Shown here: positions 1-10,153 of the stretch, piece after piece
Layout of the letters: each line of letters opens with the position of its first letter
Position numbering within the stretch: the stretch's first letter is position 1
NCBI GenBank assembly: GCA_022729235.1
Contig: JALDAJ010000001.1
Coordinates: forward strand, 384,001 to 448,000
Length of the DNA stretch: 64,000 nucleotides
Direction of reading: 5' to 3'
From: Candidatus Nanohalarchaeota archaeon
Lineage (GTDB): Archaea; Nanohalarchaeota; Nanosalinia; Nanosalinales; Nanosalinaceae
Program-made: the position numbers and the translations under genes
The notes under the pieces: generated by a model
Told to the model about the DNA's origin: nothing
What the model saw: only the letters and a program-made list of their open reading frames with translations
Database searches by the model: none

Positions 1-2558
1 TGCCTGAACTTCTAGAAGAAGTAGTGAGCGAAGGAAAACTGGAAGCCACAACAGATACTGGAAAAGCGGTTAAGGAGTCTGACATAACGTTTCTCGCGGT
101 CGGAACACCGATGCGCGAGGACGGAAGTATCAACCTCGACTACATCAAGCAGGCGGCGGAAGACATCGCAGAAGGGTTGAAAGAAAAAGAGGATTACCAC
201 GTTATCGTTGTGAAAAGCACCGTTGTGCCGACAACCACTGAAGAGGAGATTATTCCTGTACTCGAAGAAGTTTCAGGGAAGAAAGCTGGCGAGGACTTCG
301 GCGTCTGCATGAACCCCGAGTTCCTCAGAGAAGGTACAGCGTTAAACGACTTCCTGGAACCTGACAGGATAGTAATAGGCGAACTAGACGGCAAATCAGG
401 GGAAACTCTAGAACAGATTTACGAAGATTTCGATGCACCGGTGATGCGGACATCACTGAAGGCAGCAGAGTTAATCAAGTACGCTTCGAACTCATTGCTC
501 GCGACCAAAGTATCCTTCATCAACGAGGTCGGCAACCTATGCAAGGAACTCGGAATCGATGTCTACGAGATCGCGGACGGTGTCGGGATGGACCACCGGA
601 TAGAGAGAAAGTTCCTGAACAGTGGTGCAGGCTTCGGCGGGAGCTGTCTCACAGGCGACCAGGAGATACTAGTCAAAGAAGATGGCCAGACGCGCCTTGT
701 CAGAATAGAAGAGTTCTTCGAGGAGAAAAAAGGAGAAAGTCCAGAAGGAGATATCAAGGCTATCAGCTGTAACGATGAAGGCGAGTTTGAATTCAAGCCT
801 ATCCAGAAAGCTACTTCGAGAGACTACCAAGACGAGATATACACGATAAAAACCAGTATGAATAAAGAAGTGGAAGTCACGAAAGACCATCCTATGCTTG
901 TCGTTGAGGACGGAAATCTGGAACTAAAGAAGGCAGAAGAAGTTGAGAAAGGAGACCGCATCCCTGTCTTATCAGAGATACCAGAAGACTCTATAGAATA
1001 CTTCGATCTTCTGGAGATAATATCTAACTCAGATGAGTTCAAAAACGATGAAGTATACCTGAAACCAAGTTTCGAGATTGAAGAGATAGAAAAGGAATTA
1101 CGGGAATACCTAGAAGGATACAACCAAAAATTCAGTTACGACAAGATCCGTGATTTCAGAAGAGGCAATTACATTCCTTTAGATGCGTTCCTGAAAGTAG
1201 AGAAAGAACTAGAACTCAAGCGTTCTGACTTCCGGATATACACATCAAAAGGAGCAACTACATATATTCCTGCGGTAATCTATACAGACCAGGATTTCTG
1301 GAGATTCATAGGCTACTACCTGAGCGAAGGCCACATCAACGAGGATAATTCAGGACATGGTCCCCGAGCCAGAGAGAGGATAATGCTGAGCTTCCATCCA
1401 GAAGACGAGCAGGAGTACGTCGAGGACGTGGAAGAGTATCTCGAGCAGCTCGGTATCAAGCACAGGACGGACTCCAAGGAGACAAGCACCCAGATATGCT
1501 TCTCAAGCCGTGCCTTCTCGTACTTCCTCCGGTGGCTTGGCTGCGGAACCGGCTCATACTCTGCCCAGATACCAGATATTGCCTATCAGGAGACAGAGGA
1601 AAACCGGAAAGCACTGCTGTCAGGACTCTTCAGGGGAGACGGATACATAGAATACACCAACCACTCCAACGCAGTAGTATACGACTACGGATCGGTGAGC
1701 GAAGAACTGATTCAGGGAATGAAACATCTGCTCCACAGCCTAGGTATAGTACCAAGCTACAAGGTATCAGAGTCCTCAAAATCAACCAAACCCGCGCATT
1801 TCATCCGAGTATCATCCAAACCACAGGTAGAGAAACTCCAAGAAATGTTTCTTGAAGGAGAAAGACAAAAAATAACCCAGCGACTGGATTCCTACGACAA
1901 AGAAATCAGACCTACTGGACACAAGAAAGACACCGACTTTACAACGGTCAAGGTGAAAGAGATCAGGAAAGAGAAAAGAGACACGGAAGTATACTCCCTA
2001 GAAGTCAAGGACACCCACAACTTCGTGACCACAGACGGACTGGTAGTCCACAACTGCTTCCCAAAAGATGTCCGCGCGCTGATATCCTTCATGGAGGAAA
2101 ACAGTATCGAACCTCGTATACTTCAGTCAACGATCGACGTCAATACAGATCAGAAGACAAAGCTCGTTGAATTACTAGAAAAACGTGTTGACGCTATCGA
2201 AGGAAAAACCGTAGCAGTACTAGGATTAGCATTCAAGCCAGGAACCGACGACGTCAGGAAAAGTCCGGCGATACCGATAATCCAGGAACTCAAAGACAAA
2301 GGCGCGGAAGTCAAAGCGTACGACCCGGAAGCCATGGAAAACATGAAAGAAAAGCACCATCCTAACATCGATTACTACGATACCTACCAGGAAGCGCTGG
2401 AAAACACAGATGCCGCTTTAATCGTCACGGACTGGGAAGAGTTCGACCAGATTACCAGAGAAGACATCAAGACCATGAACAACCAGCTCATCCTCGAAGG
2501 CATGAAAACCAACCATAATCTCCCTGAAGACAAAATAGAAGGGATTACTTGGTCATGA
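1..2558 (+). CDS. ugd: UDP-glucose/GDP-mannose 6-dehydrogenase, 5'-truncated by window, containing an intein
   Basis: Motifs AVGTP, KSTV, NPEFLREG, ELIKYASN, GFGGS/CFPKD, GLAFKPGTDD. The frame is open from position 3, so the true start lies upstream of the window. Confidence 0.95.
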   Translation, partial: PELLEEVVSEGKLEATTDTGKAVKESDITFLAVGTPMREDGSINLDYIKQAAEDIAEGLKEKEDYHVIVVKSTVVPTTTEEEIIPVLEEVSGKKAGEDFGVCMNPEFLREGTALNDFLEPDRIVIGELDGKSGETLEQIYEDFDAPVMRTSLKAAELIKYASNSLLATKVSFINEVGNLCKELGIDVYEIADGVGMDHRIERKFLNSGAGFGGSCLTGDQEILVKEDGQTRLVRIEEFFEEKKGESPEGDIKAISCNDEGEFEFKPIQKATSRDYQDEIYTIKTSMNKEVEVTKDHPMLVVEDGNLELKKAEEVEKGDRIPVLSEIPEDSIEYFDLLEIISNSDEFKNDEVYLKPSFEIEEIEKELREYLEGYNQKFSYDKIRDFRRGNYIPLDAFLKVEKELELKRSDFRIYTSKGATTYIPAVIYTDQDFWRFIGYYLSEGHINEDNSGHGPRARERIMLSFHPEDEQEYVEDVEEYLEQLGIKHRTDSKETSTQICFSSRAFSYFLRWLGCGTGSYSAQIPDIAYQETEENRKALLSGLFRGDGYIEYTNHSNAVVYDYGSVSEELIQGMKHLLHSLGIVPSYKVSESSKSTKPAHFIRVSSKPQVEKLQEMFLEGERQKITQRLDSYDKEIRPTGHKKDTDFTTVKVKEIRKEKRDTEVYSLEVKDTHNFVTTDGLVVHNCFPKDVRALISFMEENSIEPRILQSTIDVNTDQKTKLVELLEKRVDAIEGKTVAVLGLAFKPGTDDVRKSPAIPIIQELKDKGAEVKAYDPEAMENMKEKHHPNIDYYDTYQEALENTDAALIVTDWEEFDQITREDIKTMNNQLILEGMKTNHNLPEDKIEGITWS
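645..2054 (+). mobile_element. Intein with LAGLIDADG homing endonuclease in UDP-glucose dehydrogenase (470 aa)
   Basis: GFGGS|CLTGD...VTKDHP (block B)...FIGYYLSEG and LLSGLFRGDG (LAGLIDADG blocks)...VVHN|CFPKD. Confidence 0.95.
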
Positions 2559-2577
2559 TAGTAAGTTAAGACGAAGT

Positions 2578-3411
2578 TCAGTCTTCCTTGAAAGCTGTAA
2601 ACCATCCGATCTTGTCTTCATAGCCAAACTTTTGGCGATTTCTGACCTCAAAGGTGTGTACCTCGTAGCCCTTGCTGTCTAGAATATCTTTAAGTTTTTC
2701 TTCATCATACTCAAAAGATAATCTTCCCTGTCCTTCGCCCGCCCCATGATGTTCAACTATAATTATTTCAGGACTTGAAGATAAGTTCTCTAATAAATTG
2801 AATTCACACCCATCACAGTCTATAGCTAAAACGTCATCTGCTTCAAGATCGGAAGAATCTAAATACTCATCCGTAAGTTCAGATTCCCCCTGTAATTGTT
2901 TTACATCACACCCCACCACTCTATTTCTGACATCAATAATTTCTGAAACATCGTTCAGTTCTGCAACATCTCGAACTCTTTCCGCTCCTTTTTTTGTAGC
3001 CTCATAAGTAACAACTAATCCTTGTTCTCCTGTAAGCTTCGCTGCGGCTATGCTAGAGACGCCATACCAACCTCCAACAACTATGACCTTATCTCCCTCT
3101 GAAACATTACTTCTAATTAACTCGGTGTAGTTCTCTTCATAACTAGGTTTGTCTCTATAGATGCCTAAAATACCGTCTGCCGGCTTACGTCTTCTTATCT
3201 TTACATTGTTGTATGTCTGATAACCAGTGTAGGGCAGAATTCTTCTAATAGAGTTCTTCCAGATAAAGACGAAACAGTAACTAGCTAACCTTACTATGTA
3301 TTTGTAGGTTCTAAAGATGAGAAGGGTTATTCCGCCTTCATTTAGCGCCTTTCTTATTTTGTCTATTTTGAAGTATGTATGGAATTTATCAAGCATGCTG
3401 AATATATGCAT
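2578..3411 (-). CDS. SAM-dependent methyltransferase (FkbM-like)
   Basis: VIVVGGWYGVSS SAM-binding motif, IDCDGCE (FkbM-like DxEGxE), IIVEHH; lies in a glycan cluster. Confidence 0.75.
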   Translation of the reverse strand: MHIFSMLDKFHTYFKIDKIRKALNEGGITLLIFRTYKYIVRLASYCFVFIWKNSIRRILPYTGYQTYNNVKIRRRKPADGILGIYRDKPSYEENYTELIRSNVSEGDKVIVVGGWYGVSSIAAAKLTGEQGLVVTYEATKKGAERVRDVAELNDVSEIIDVRNRVVGCDVKQLQGESELTDEYLDSSDLEADDVLAIDCDGCEFNLLENLSSSPEIIIVEHHGAGEGQGRLSFEYDEEKLKDILDSKGYEVHTFEVRNRQKFGYEDKIGWFTAFKED

Positions 3412-3430
3412 ATAACAACAAGCTAGCTTT

Positions 3431-4327
3431 ATGAAAGATACTGCTCTAGTCGGAGTCGGTAGATGGGGGAAGAATGTTCTCCGTAATCTGGATCATTTAT
3501 CGGATGTTTCTGTCTGCTGTCATAAGGGAGAGAAGGAGAACAGAGAGTTCATGGAGAAAAACTATCCTGAAATAGAAATGACAACTGATCTGAAGGATAT
3601 CCTTGAGGACGATTCAATCGATGCAGTCGCGGTTGCAACTCCGCCTGAAACTCATTTCGATATAGTCAAGCAAGTCTTGGAAAGCGGTAAGGATATATAT
3701 GTGGAAAAGCCGATGACGACGTCAGTTGAAAAATCAGAGAAGCTTGTAGAGCTATCCGATAAAACAGGAAATACTGTTTTCGTAGGTTACATATTCCTTT
3801 ATCATCCTGTCTTCAATAAGGTTCGAGAAATCCACAAGTCAGAGATTATAACCTCTATTAGAGCGGGCTGGAGGAAGACCGGCAGTTTCAGCGATAAGAT
3901 AACTCGCACCTTGACCTGCCACGATCTTTCGATCGTTTACCAGCTTTTCCAGCAGACACCTGAGAAATGCACCGTCACTTCGCAACATAGAACAGGAGAC
4001 CGTACAGATATTCTTGACGTCCAACTTGAGTTTGATAAAGGAAAATTACACGGAAGCTACAACAGAATTTTCCCTCAAAAGAGAAAGTCGATGACTTTCG
4101 AAACACAGGAAGGCAATTTCTACAACTGGACAGAGAATACTCTTTCAAAATTTAACGAAGAAGATAGAGAGTTCAAGGTCATATTTGAATCAACAAAAGA
4201 ACCTCTGAAACAAGAGATAGAAGCTTTCCTCAAATGTGTAGAAAAAGGCGAAAACCCAATAACTGACGCATCATTCGGGAATGAAATCGACTTAATCATC
4301 AACGAGATTGAGTCGCAGTTACACTAA
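3431..4327 (+). CDS. Gfo/Idh/MocA family oxidoreductase
   Basis: VGVGRWG Rossmann motif, DAVAVATP..H, VEKP. Confidence 0.9.
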   Translation: MKDTALVGVGRWGKNVLRNLDHLSDVSVCCHKGEKENREFMEKNYPEIEMTTDLKDILEDDSIDAVAVATPPETHFDIVKQVLESGKDIYVEKPMTTSVEKSEKLVELSDKTGNTVFVGYIFLYHPVFNKVREIHKSEIITSIRAGWRKTGSFSDKITRTLTCHDLSIVYQLFQQTPEKCTVTSQHRTGDRTDILDVQLEFDKGKLHGSYNRIFPQKRKSMTFETQEGNFYNWTENTLSKFNEEDREFKVIFESTKEPLKQEIEAFLKCVEKGENPITDASFGNEIDLIINEIESQLH

Positions 4328-5375
4328 GTTCCTTGATTTCCTGAGTAATTATATCTCCTGCCTTAACGCAGGCACTTAATTTGCCGGAGAATACCCTGAA
4401 GACATTACCTTCCCTGTCAACGAGGGTCGGTCTAGCATCAGTATCCTCTCTATCCGGCAAAGTAGTCCTGAAGGTATACATCGAACCTACATGTTCTGCA
4501 TCTGTAAGACCAGGTATGAATTCAGAACCGTGAGACTTGAACTCGTCTATATTCGTTACCTCAGGGTTCTCTACAACACCATTGTCCAGAAGGTCTTCAT
4601 ACTCCGACGGGATCTCCGGGACCTCACCTATCTGAGTATCGTGGATACATTTGATTACGTTTCCGAGCAGGAATTTATCTCCATCCTTATAGGGATCAAA
4701 ACACATGAAAGGTCCATCCATTACAACCAAGCTTTTACCCTCAAATTTTTCTGAAAGCTGAACAACAGGCTTCTCCACCAGTTCAAACTTATAGTCTCTA
4801 CGTAGACCTGAATCTTCATCGAATATCCAGTTGCTGTTGGCATAGGTCGCCACAACCACGTAATCGAAATCATCAAGTTCATCAACAGAGTCGATTCTAT
4901 GACCTGTTCTCACATCCACATTGTTCTCCTCGAGTCTTCTGAAACATATCTCTTTCAGCTTGTCAGAATCGATCCTATCTTCGTTGACTTTCAGAGTGAG
5001 ATCAACCTTCTCATCTCTAACAATATCCAGGTCGGAACGTCTGTACTCAAGCCCTATCTCGTCGCAATGAGCCATAAATTCTTCCGGAGTAGTTTTTGTA
5101 TCCTCACTGGCTATGCAGTAATAATGTTCATCATCCTCAACAATAGCCTCGCTGTATATCTCACGGAAAATCTTCTGCGTATCTCGGCACGTACGTGAAG
5201 TTTCCTTACTTCGAGGATAGTGGAAACCTTTGTGTAATCTCCACTGATTAACCTTAGAGGCGCTCATCATCAACTCTTCCTCTTTCTCGAAAACAGTCAC
5301 GTCAAAATCTCTAGAAGCCAACCTATTAGCAATATGGATTCCATATAAACCTCCGCCCACAATTGCAACTTTCAT
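4299..5375 (-). CDS. FAD-dependent oxidoreductase (DAO-like)
   Basis: N-terminal VAIVGGGLYG...VFEK dinucleotide fold; NQWRLHKGFHYPRS. Confidence 0.85.
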   Translation of the reverse strand: MKVAIVGGGLYGIHIANRLASRDFDVTVFEKEEELMMSASKVNQWRLHKGFHYPRSKETSRTCRDTQKIFREIYSEAIVEDDEHYYCIASEDTKTTPEEFMAHCDEIGLEYRRSDLDIVRDEKVDLTLKVNEDRIDSDKLKEICFRRLEENNVDVRTGHRIDSVDELDDFDYVVVATYANSNWIFDEDSGLRRDYKFELVEKPVVQLSEKFEGKSLVVMDGPFMCFDPYKDGDKFLLGNVIKCIHDTQIGEVPEIPSEYEDLLDNGVVENPEVTNIDEFKSHGSEFIPGLTDAEHVGSMYTFRTTLPDREDTDARPTLVDREGNVFRVFSGKLSACVKAGDIITQEIKELSVTATQSR

Positions 5376-5378
5376 TAC

Positions 5379-6221
5379 CTAAAACTCCAGAGTCACTAGA
5401 CGCTTAATAGCTTTTCCGAGCGTAGGAATCAAACCATCATTTTTGAAAGAACGCAGGAACCTGTACTTATAAGTTGGCTTTTCACTTAATATTTTTAGAC
5501 TTCCGCTCCTCAAGAGAAACACCCTCATACAAGAAGATTTATTTATTTTTTCGGCAGCCTTCTTAGCATCTACCTTTATCCTATCTCCTATTTCAGAATC
5601 CACCTCAGTCAATCTACCATGAAATATTCTAACTTTGTTACTGACAAATCCTGGCTTGGCAAACCGACAGTTATATTCTGGCGTCAGAGTAGCAACTCTC
5701 AGATCACTTTCATAAATAGCTTTCCTAAAAGAAGGCTGTTCTCTCATCTGACCTTCTCTCCCTTCAGCACGTTCAAGATAAATTTCCCTCCACCTAGATA
5801 GCAACTCTCTAAAACCAGAATTATTCCGATATACAATTACACCGGTATTAAATGTAGAAAAACTTCTTGGAACATCTTCTAACATTTCCTGAAACCTAGC
5901 GGTTTCATGAGCTAGAGCGATATCAAACTCATCGAGCAGGTTAAACAATTCCGAGAAATCCTGATCTACGTAGATATCTGTGTCGAAAAATACAGTTCTA
6001 TCATATGGTGTTCGTTGAAGATGATTTATTTTATTACTCATATTTTTCGCAGAGTCATCGATAATCTTGATATCATCGAACTGATTTGCAGCGAGCCTTT
6101 CCTCATCAGTGATAAGCGTTACATGGGTATCCGGCATTTCGTTCTTCAAAATTTCAACAGATTTATTTGCTTCCTCAATATAGTCCTCTCCTACCGCAAT
6201 ATAGAGAACTCCTTCATCCAT
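5379..6221 (-). CDS. Nucleotide-diphospho-sugar transferase (GT-A fold, GT8-like)
   Basis: TVFFDTD (DxD), FNTGVIVY, EQPSFR, LTPEYN. Confidence 0.75.
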   Translation of the reverse strand: MDEGVLYIAVGEDYIEEANKSVEILKNEMPDTHVTLITDEERLAANQFDDIKIIDDSAKNMSNKINHLQRTPYDRTVFFDTDIYVDQDFSELFNLLDEFDIALAHETARFQEMLEDVPRSFSTFNTGVIVYRNNSGFRELLSRWREIYLERAEGREGQMREQPSFRKAIYESDLRVATLTPEYNCRFAKPGFVSNKVRIFHGRLTEVDSEIGDRIKVDAKKAAEKINKSSCMRVFLLRSGSLKILSEKPTYKYRFLRSFKNDGLIPTLGKAIKRLVTLEF

Positions 6222-6272
6222 AATTAGAAATATCTTAACTGAAATAAAACTCTTAACTGCAGTTCCAAAAAA

Positions 6273-7334
6273 TTATCTATCGATGTCCCTATACACTTCT
6301 AGATACTCATCAGTTACACTTTCAGGATTGTAACTCTTGAGCTCCTTATTCTGATTTCTAATAACTCTACCTCTATCCAAATCCTTAATTCTGCTAGGCA
6401 CCTCCTCAACTTTACTTACCAACTGTTCATCGATCAAAGCATCTTTAGCTCCCCCTCTATTGGTCGCTATAATCGGTGTCTCCATCTGCATAGCCTCTAT
6501 CAAAGTCCTGTTGAATGGGTCAGACCACTGTCCCGGATGTATGAATATGTTCGCTCTTTCGTAGTATTGTGGGAGATCGCTATGATCTACGAAACCTTCA
6601 AAATTAACTCTACCTCCCAATTCCAGTTTCCTGACTTTCTGTTCCAGGTTTTTCATTCGCGGACCGTCCCCGACTACCCTAAGATGAAATTGTTCTGGTA
6701 CCTCTGTCATCTGTTCGATTAATTCTCCAACTCCCTTGTGTTTTCGTAAAGTTCCTACATAGAGCAGTTCATTTTCATCTGTCTCTACACTGTTGGATTC
6801 TGGAAACCCGGGGTCATACATGTTCGGGATGACCTCTATATCTGTCCGAAAGCAGTCACCGTAGAACTCTTTGACATCCGTTGAAAGAGTTGTTAGAGCA
6901 TTCATTCGGTCTATCGCCCTCCTGCAGAAGTAGTTGTAGGCTCTTCTGTAGGGAGGTAGTGCAGGATTTCTATCCTTACCTGGTACCTGTCTCGGGTAGT
7001 CATACAGGTAGTTATTGATAGTCGCGACCGTCGGCGTATTCCTAAGCATCCCTACCGATGGGTCGAAAACTCTGTTGTAGCTGTGAATCACGTCTTTGTC
7101 TTCCGCAAACTCTTTGATTCTCCTGTATGTGAGGAGCTGGAGGAGGTCGTTCCTCTCGCTCGGTAAATCCTCTCTTATCACGTATTCAGGGTCTCCTGGC
7201 TGCTCCTCCATAAAGCTCAGTACCTCGACCTCATGCCCTCTATCGCGGAGATTCTCTACAAGTAGCTGTGCGCTCCTGGGACCTCCCTGTTTAGTTCCTG
7301 GTGGGTATGATCCTGTAACTAATCCTATCTTCAC
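6273..7334 (-). CDS. Glycosyltransferase family 4
   Basis: YVGTLRKHKG, VVGDGP, DPFNRTLIEAM. Confidence 0.9.
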   Translation of the reverse strand: MKIGLVTGSYPPGTKQGGPRSAQLLVENLRDRGHEVEVLSFMEEQPGDPEYVIREDLPSERNDLLQLLTYRRIKEFAEDKDVIHSYNRVFDPSVGMLRNTPTVATINNYLYDYPRQVPGKDRNPALPPYRRAYNYFCRRAIDRMNALTTLSTDVKEFYGDCFRTDIEVIPNMYDPGFPESNSVETDENELLYVGTLRKHKGVGELIEQMTEVPEQFHLRVVGDGPRMKNLEQKVRKLELGGRVNFEGFVDHSDLPQYYERANIFIHPGQWSDPFNRTLIEAMQMETPIIATNRGGAKDALIDEQLVSKVEEVPSRIKDLDRGRVIRNQNKELKSYNPESVTDEYLEVYRDIDR

Positions 7335-8368
7335 TCCCTTATTGCCTCCTTCAGCCGAGAATAGTGGTCTTGGTTTAGTTCTTCTATCGATAAAGGTTCT
7401 GGTATTTCATCGGATATCGGCACATGTAACTCATCCGGTATTACTTCTGCAGCGCCAATAGTTTCTTGCATAAAGCAAGGTGTTCCTGCAGACATCATCT
7501 CTAGAGGTACTAATCCGAATGTTTCGTGTTCAGAAGTGTAGATTCCAAACTTTGCATTTGAGATAAACTCATCAAGCTCATCATCTGGAATAAAACCTAA
7601 TATCTCTAGCTGTACACCATTGTCTTCCGCCAGTTCTTCAAGCTCTCGCTTATATTCTTCATCTTTGATAGTTCCAGCCATTCTGAGTTTCTCTTCTCTT
7701 CCCTGCATCTCTTCTATAGCCTTCTCTAGATTCTTGTTCCTAGCAACTCTTGAGAGAACAGCGACATACTCTTCTGTTTTTTCCGTCTTTTCAATATGTC
7801 TAATAGGAGGATGTAAAACCTCCAGTTTGTCGGATTTTCCTAGGTCTGGGATAACTCTTTCTTTCATTGTCAGTTCCGAGTTTACGAAAATCCTATCCAT
7901 ATTTTCAAATGCCCTTCTCTCCAACCTTCTCAAAATAAATCCCAAAGTCCAAGAAATAGTTCTGACAGGTATAGCCATATCATAGCCTCTGTATAGCAAA
8001 TCACTGGTGTTATGCATGTACCAGATTACCTTAGTCCCATATTTTTTCTTGGCTCTGTACGCTAGTATCTCCGTAAGATCCTGATGACATATTACTACTT
8101 CATACTCTTCCAGGAATGACGGGTCCGCAAAAGCCGGTGCAATAGTGTTGAACGTTGTAGAAAAAGCAGTATCGAGCGCCAGACTTCGACCGTATTCGTA
8201 TATATCAATCTCTCCAGCTATCTCTGGGAACACATCTTCATCATATCTTAAGCACCATAAATCAGCATCAAGTTCTCTAGCATGCATCATACTTACTATC
8301 TCAGCACCATTTGGCCGTATGATATCGTTCTGCAATATAGCAATATCTAGGTCTTCAAAATCCTCCAT
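7331..8368 (-). CDS. Glycosyltransferase family 4
   Basis: NGAE at the N-terminus, SRVARNKN, ETFGLVPLEMM. The ATG at 8368 overlaps the upstream stop. Confidence 0.9.
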   Translation of the reverse strand: MEDFEDLDIAILQNDIIRPNGAEIVSMMHARELDADLWCLRYDEDVFPEIAGEIDIYEYGRSLALDTAFSTTFNTIAPAFADPSFLEEYEVVICHQDLTEILAYRAKKKYGTKVIWYMHNTSDLLYRGYDMAIPVRTISWTLGFILRRLERRAFENMDRIFVNSELTMKERVIPDLGKSDKLEVLHPPIRHIEKTEKTEEYVAVLSRVARNKNLEKAIEEMQGREEKLRMAGTIKDEEYKRELEELAEDNGVQLEILGFIPDDELDEFISNAKFGIYTSEHETFGLVPLEMMSAGTPCFMQETIGAAEVIPDELHVPISDEIPEPLSIEELNQDHYSRLKEAIRE

Positions 8369-9201
8369 TATTCGATTACCTCCCAAGGCACCTTTCTAAG
8401 CGGCTTTAAATCCATTCCATCAGGATGACCGTATAATCCTTTTTCTCCTACCAAGTTCCCGTGATCCGAAGTTATCACGGTTTTGCCATCAAATTCCTCT
8501 GCGATTTTCTGTGCATAAGGCAGTACTTTTTCTAGATTTCTTCTATACCCTTGCCATACTTTCTCTTTCTCTAGCTCTCCTCGTTCAGCCAAATCCCAGA
8601 CTGAAAGGCTTGAGTCTCCTAGCCATCCTTCGCTATCGCTGAATCCGTCGCCATATTCAAAGTCTAAAAAGGGGTAATGAGGCTGTATAAAATGGATTAT
8701 CAGTCTTTTATCCGGGAAAAGTTTCTTTGCTGTTTCTGCTCTTTCAAAAACGTCTTCGGGAAGTACAGTTCCTTCTTCGTCATCCCAGGCTTCATTGAAA
8801 ACATCGAATTTTGCCTCGAATAAGTCGCTCTTGCCTACAAGTTTTTCTAGGAAAGTGTCCGAGAAAAAGGGATTTGCGGAAACGTAGATGATATCATCGA
8901 ACTCACCTTCGGAAAAAGTTCGTTCGATATATTCTGAAGTTGTACTTCCCAGACTTAATCTAGAGGAAGTATCCTCTCCCCTGGCCTCTTCGTATAGGTC
9001 GTGGCGGCATGCATCCAAGATAATCAAGTTATCCCACTCACCAGCCTCAAAAATCGATTCGGGCTCACTATCAATTTTCTCAATACCTCTAGAAGCCAAC
9101 GATTTAAGCAGAATAAGCAAACGGTGTGAACCTCTTACATCCTTAATCCTGGGAAAAACTCTCTCTTTGTAGTTCAGGTAGAAAGATTTAGCTAAAGCCA
9201 T
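8368..9201 (-). CDS. Alkaline phosphatase/sulfatase-superfamily protein
   Basis: LIILDACRHD, HFIQPHYPF, ITSDHG, GHP...KVPW metal-binding motifs. Confidence 0.8.
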   Translation of the reverse strand: MALAKSFYLNYKERVFPRIKDVRGSHRLLILLKSLASRGIEKIDSEPESIFEAGEWDNLIILDACRHDLYEEARGEDTSSRLSLGSTTSEYIERTFSEGEFDDIIYVSANPFFSDTFLEKLVGKSDLFEAKFDVFNEAWDDEEGTVLPEDVFERAETAKKLFPDKRLIIHFIQPHYPFLDFEYGDGFSDSEGWLGDSSLSVWDLAERGELEKEKVWQGYRRNLEKVLPYAQKIAEEFDGKTVITSDHGNLVGEKGLYGHPDGMDLKPLRKVPWEVIE

Positions 9202-9244
9202 AGAAAATAGAGTTTATTTAATCTTGATAAGTGTTTGAATAATC

Positions 9245-10153
9245 ATGGCGGATTTAGAAATAGCTATAGTAACGATGAATCGCCCTGATGTCCTTCGAGA
9301 GACTTTAAATCACCTGAAAAACAGGGATATTGTTAATCAAGTCTTCATAGTTGACGGGTCTGACAGTGATGAGACTAAAGAGTTATGTTCAGAATATTCC
9401 GTTGAATACTACCGCCAAGAGTCTTCCGGCATGACCTCGGCGCGGAACGAGGCGCTGGAACACTGCGATTCCGAGTACATCGTTTTCATCGACGACGATG
9501 TGAGAGTCTCCGAGACCTGGCTTGAGTCTATAGAGGATGCTTTCAAAGATGAAGGTGTTGTCGGTGTCACAGGTAAGCTGGAGAATGATGGAACTGATCT
9601 AGATGGATTCGCGAAGAAGGTCCGTGACTTTCTTTTTGGCGGCAGAGATAGTTTCGGTGAGATAAAGGATAACAGTGTTATAAACGGTGATTTCTTCTAC
9701 GATGAGAGAAAGGAGGTTGATCACATGCCAGGATGCAACATGGCGTATCATGTCCCGACTCTAAAAGAGGCTGGTGGTTTCGATGAGAATATTGACGTCG
9801 GTAACTCTTATCGGGAAGATACTATCGCCTCCTACCGCGTCTCACAGAGAGGTAAAATCGTCTATGATCCGGATGCCTCTGTGAACCACCTGGCAGTTGA
9901 CGAGGAAGGTGATGAGAAGAAGTGGATGTTCTACAATCCGTACCTGACTAAGTACTTCCTAGCACAGAACGGTATTGTTAACGGGTTAAAGGGGAGGCTG
10001 AGTTACTTTGTCAACAAAATAGCGCGGCACACCTACTTCTTTGGGCGCAGCATCGCCAACCAGAATCTGATGTACCGTTACTATCTCTATGGCGAGTTGA
10101 TGTCGTTCAAAGACTTCGTATTGTTCGACAGGAAGCCTAGAGAGTACGTCTAG
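9245..10153 (+). CDS. Glycosyltransferase family 2
   Basis: IVDGS, ARN, FIDDD, GCNMA, GGFDE, ED motifs. Confidence 0.9.
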   Translation: MADLEIAIVTMNRPDVLRETLNHLKNRDIVNQVFIVDGSDSDETKELCSEYSVEYYRQESSGMTSARNEALEHCDSEYIVFIDDDVRVSETWLESIEDAFKDEGVVGVTGKLENDGTDLDGFAKKVRDFLFGGRDSFGEIKDNSVINGDFFYDERKEVDHMPGCNMAYHVPTLKEAGGFDENIDVGNSYREDTIASYRVSQRGKIVYDPDASVNHLAVDEEGDEKKWMFYNPYLTKYFLAQNGIVNGLKGRLSYFVNKIARHTYFFGRSIANQNLMYRYYLYGELMSFKDFVLFDRKPREYV

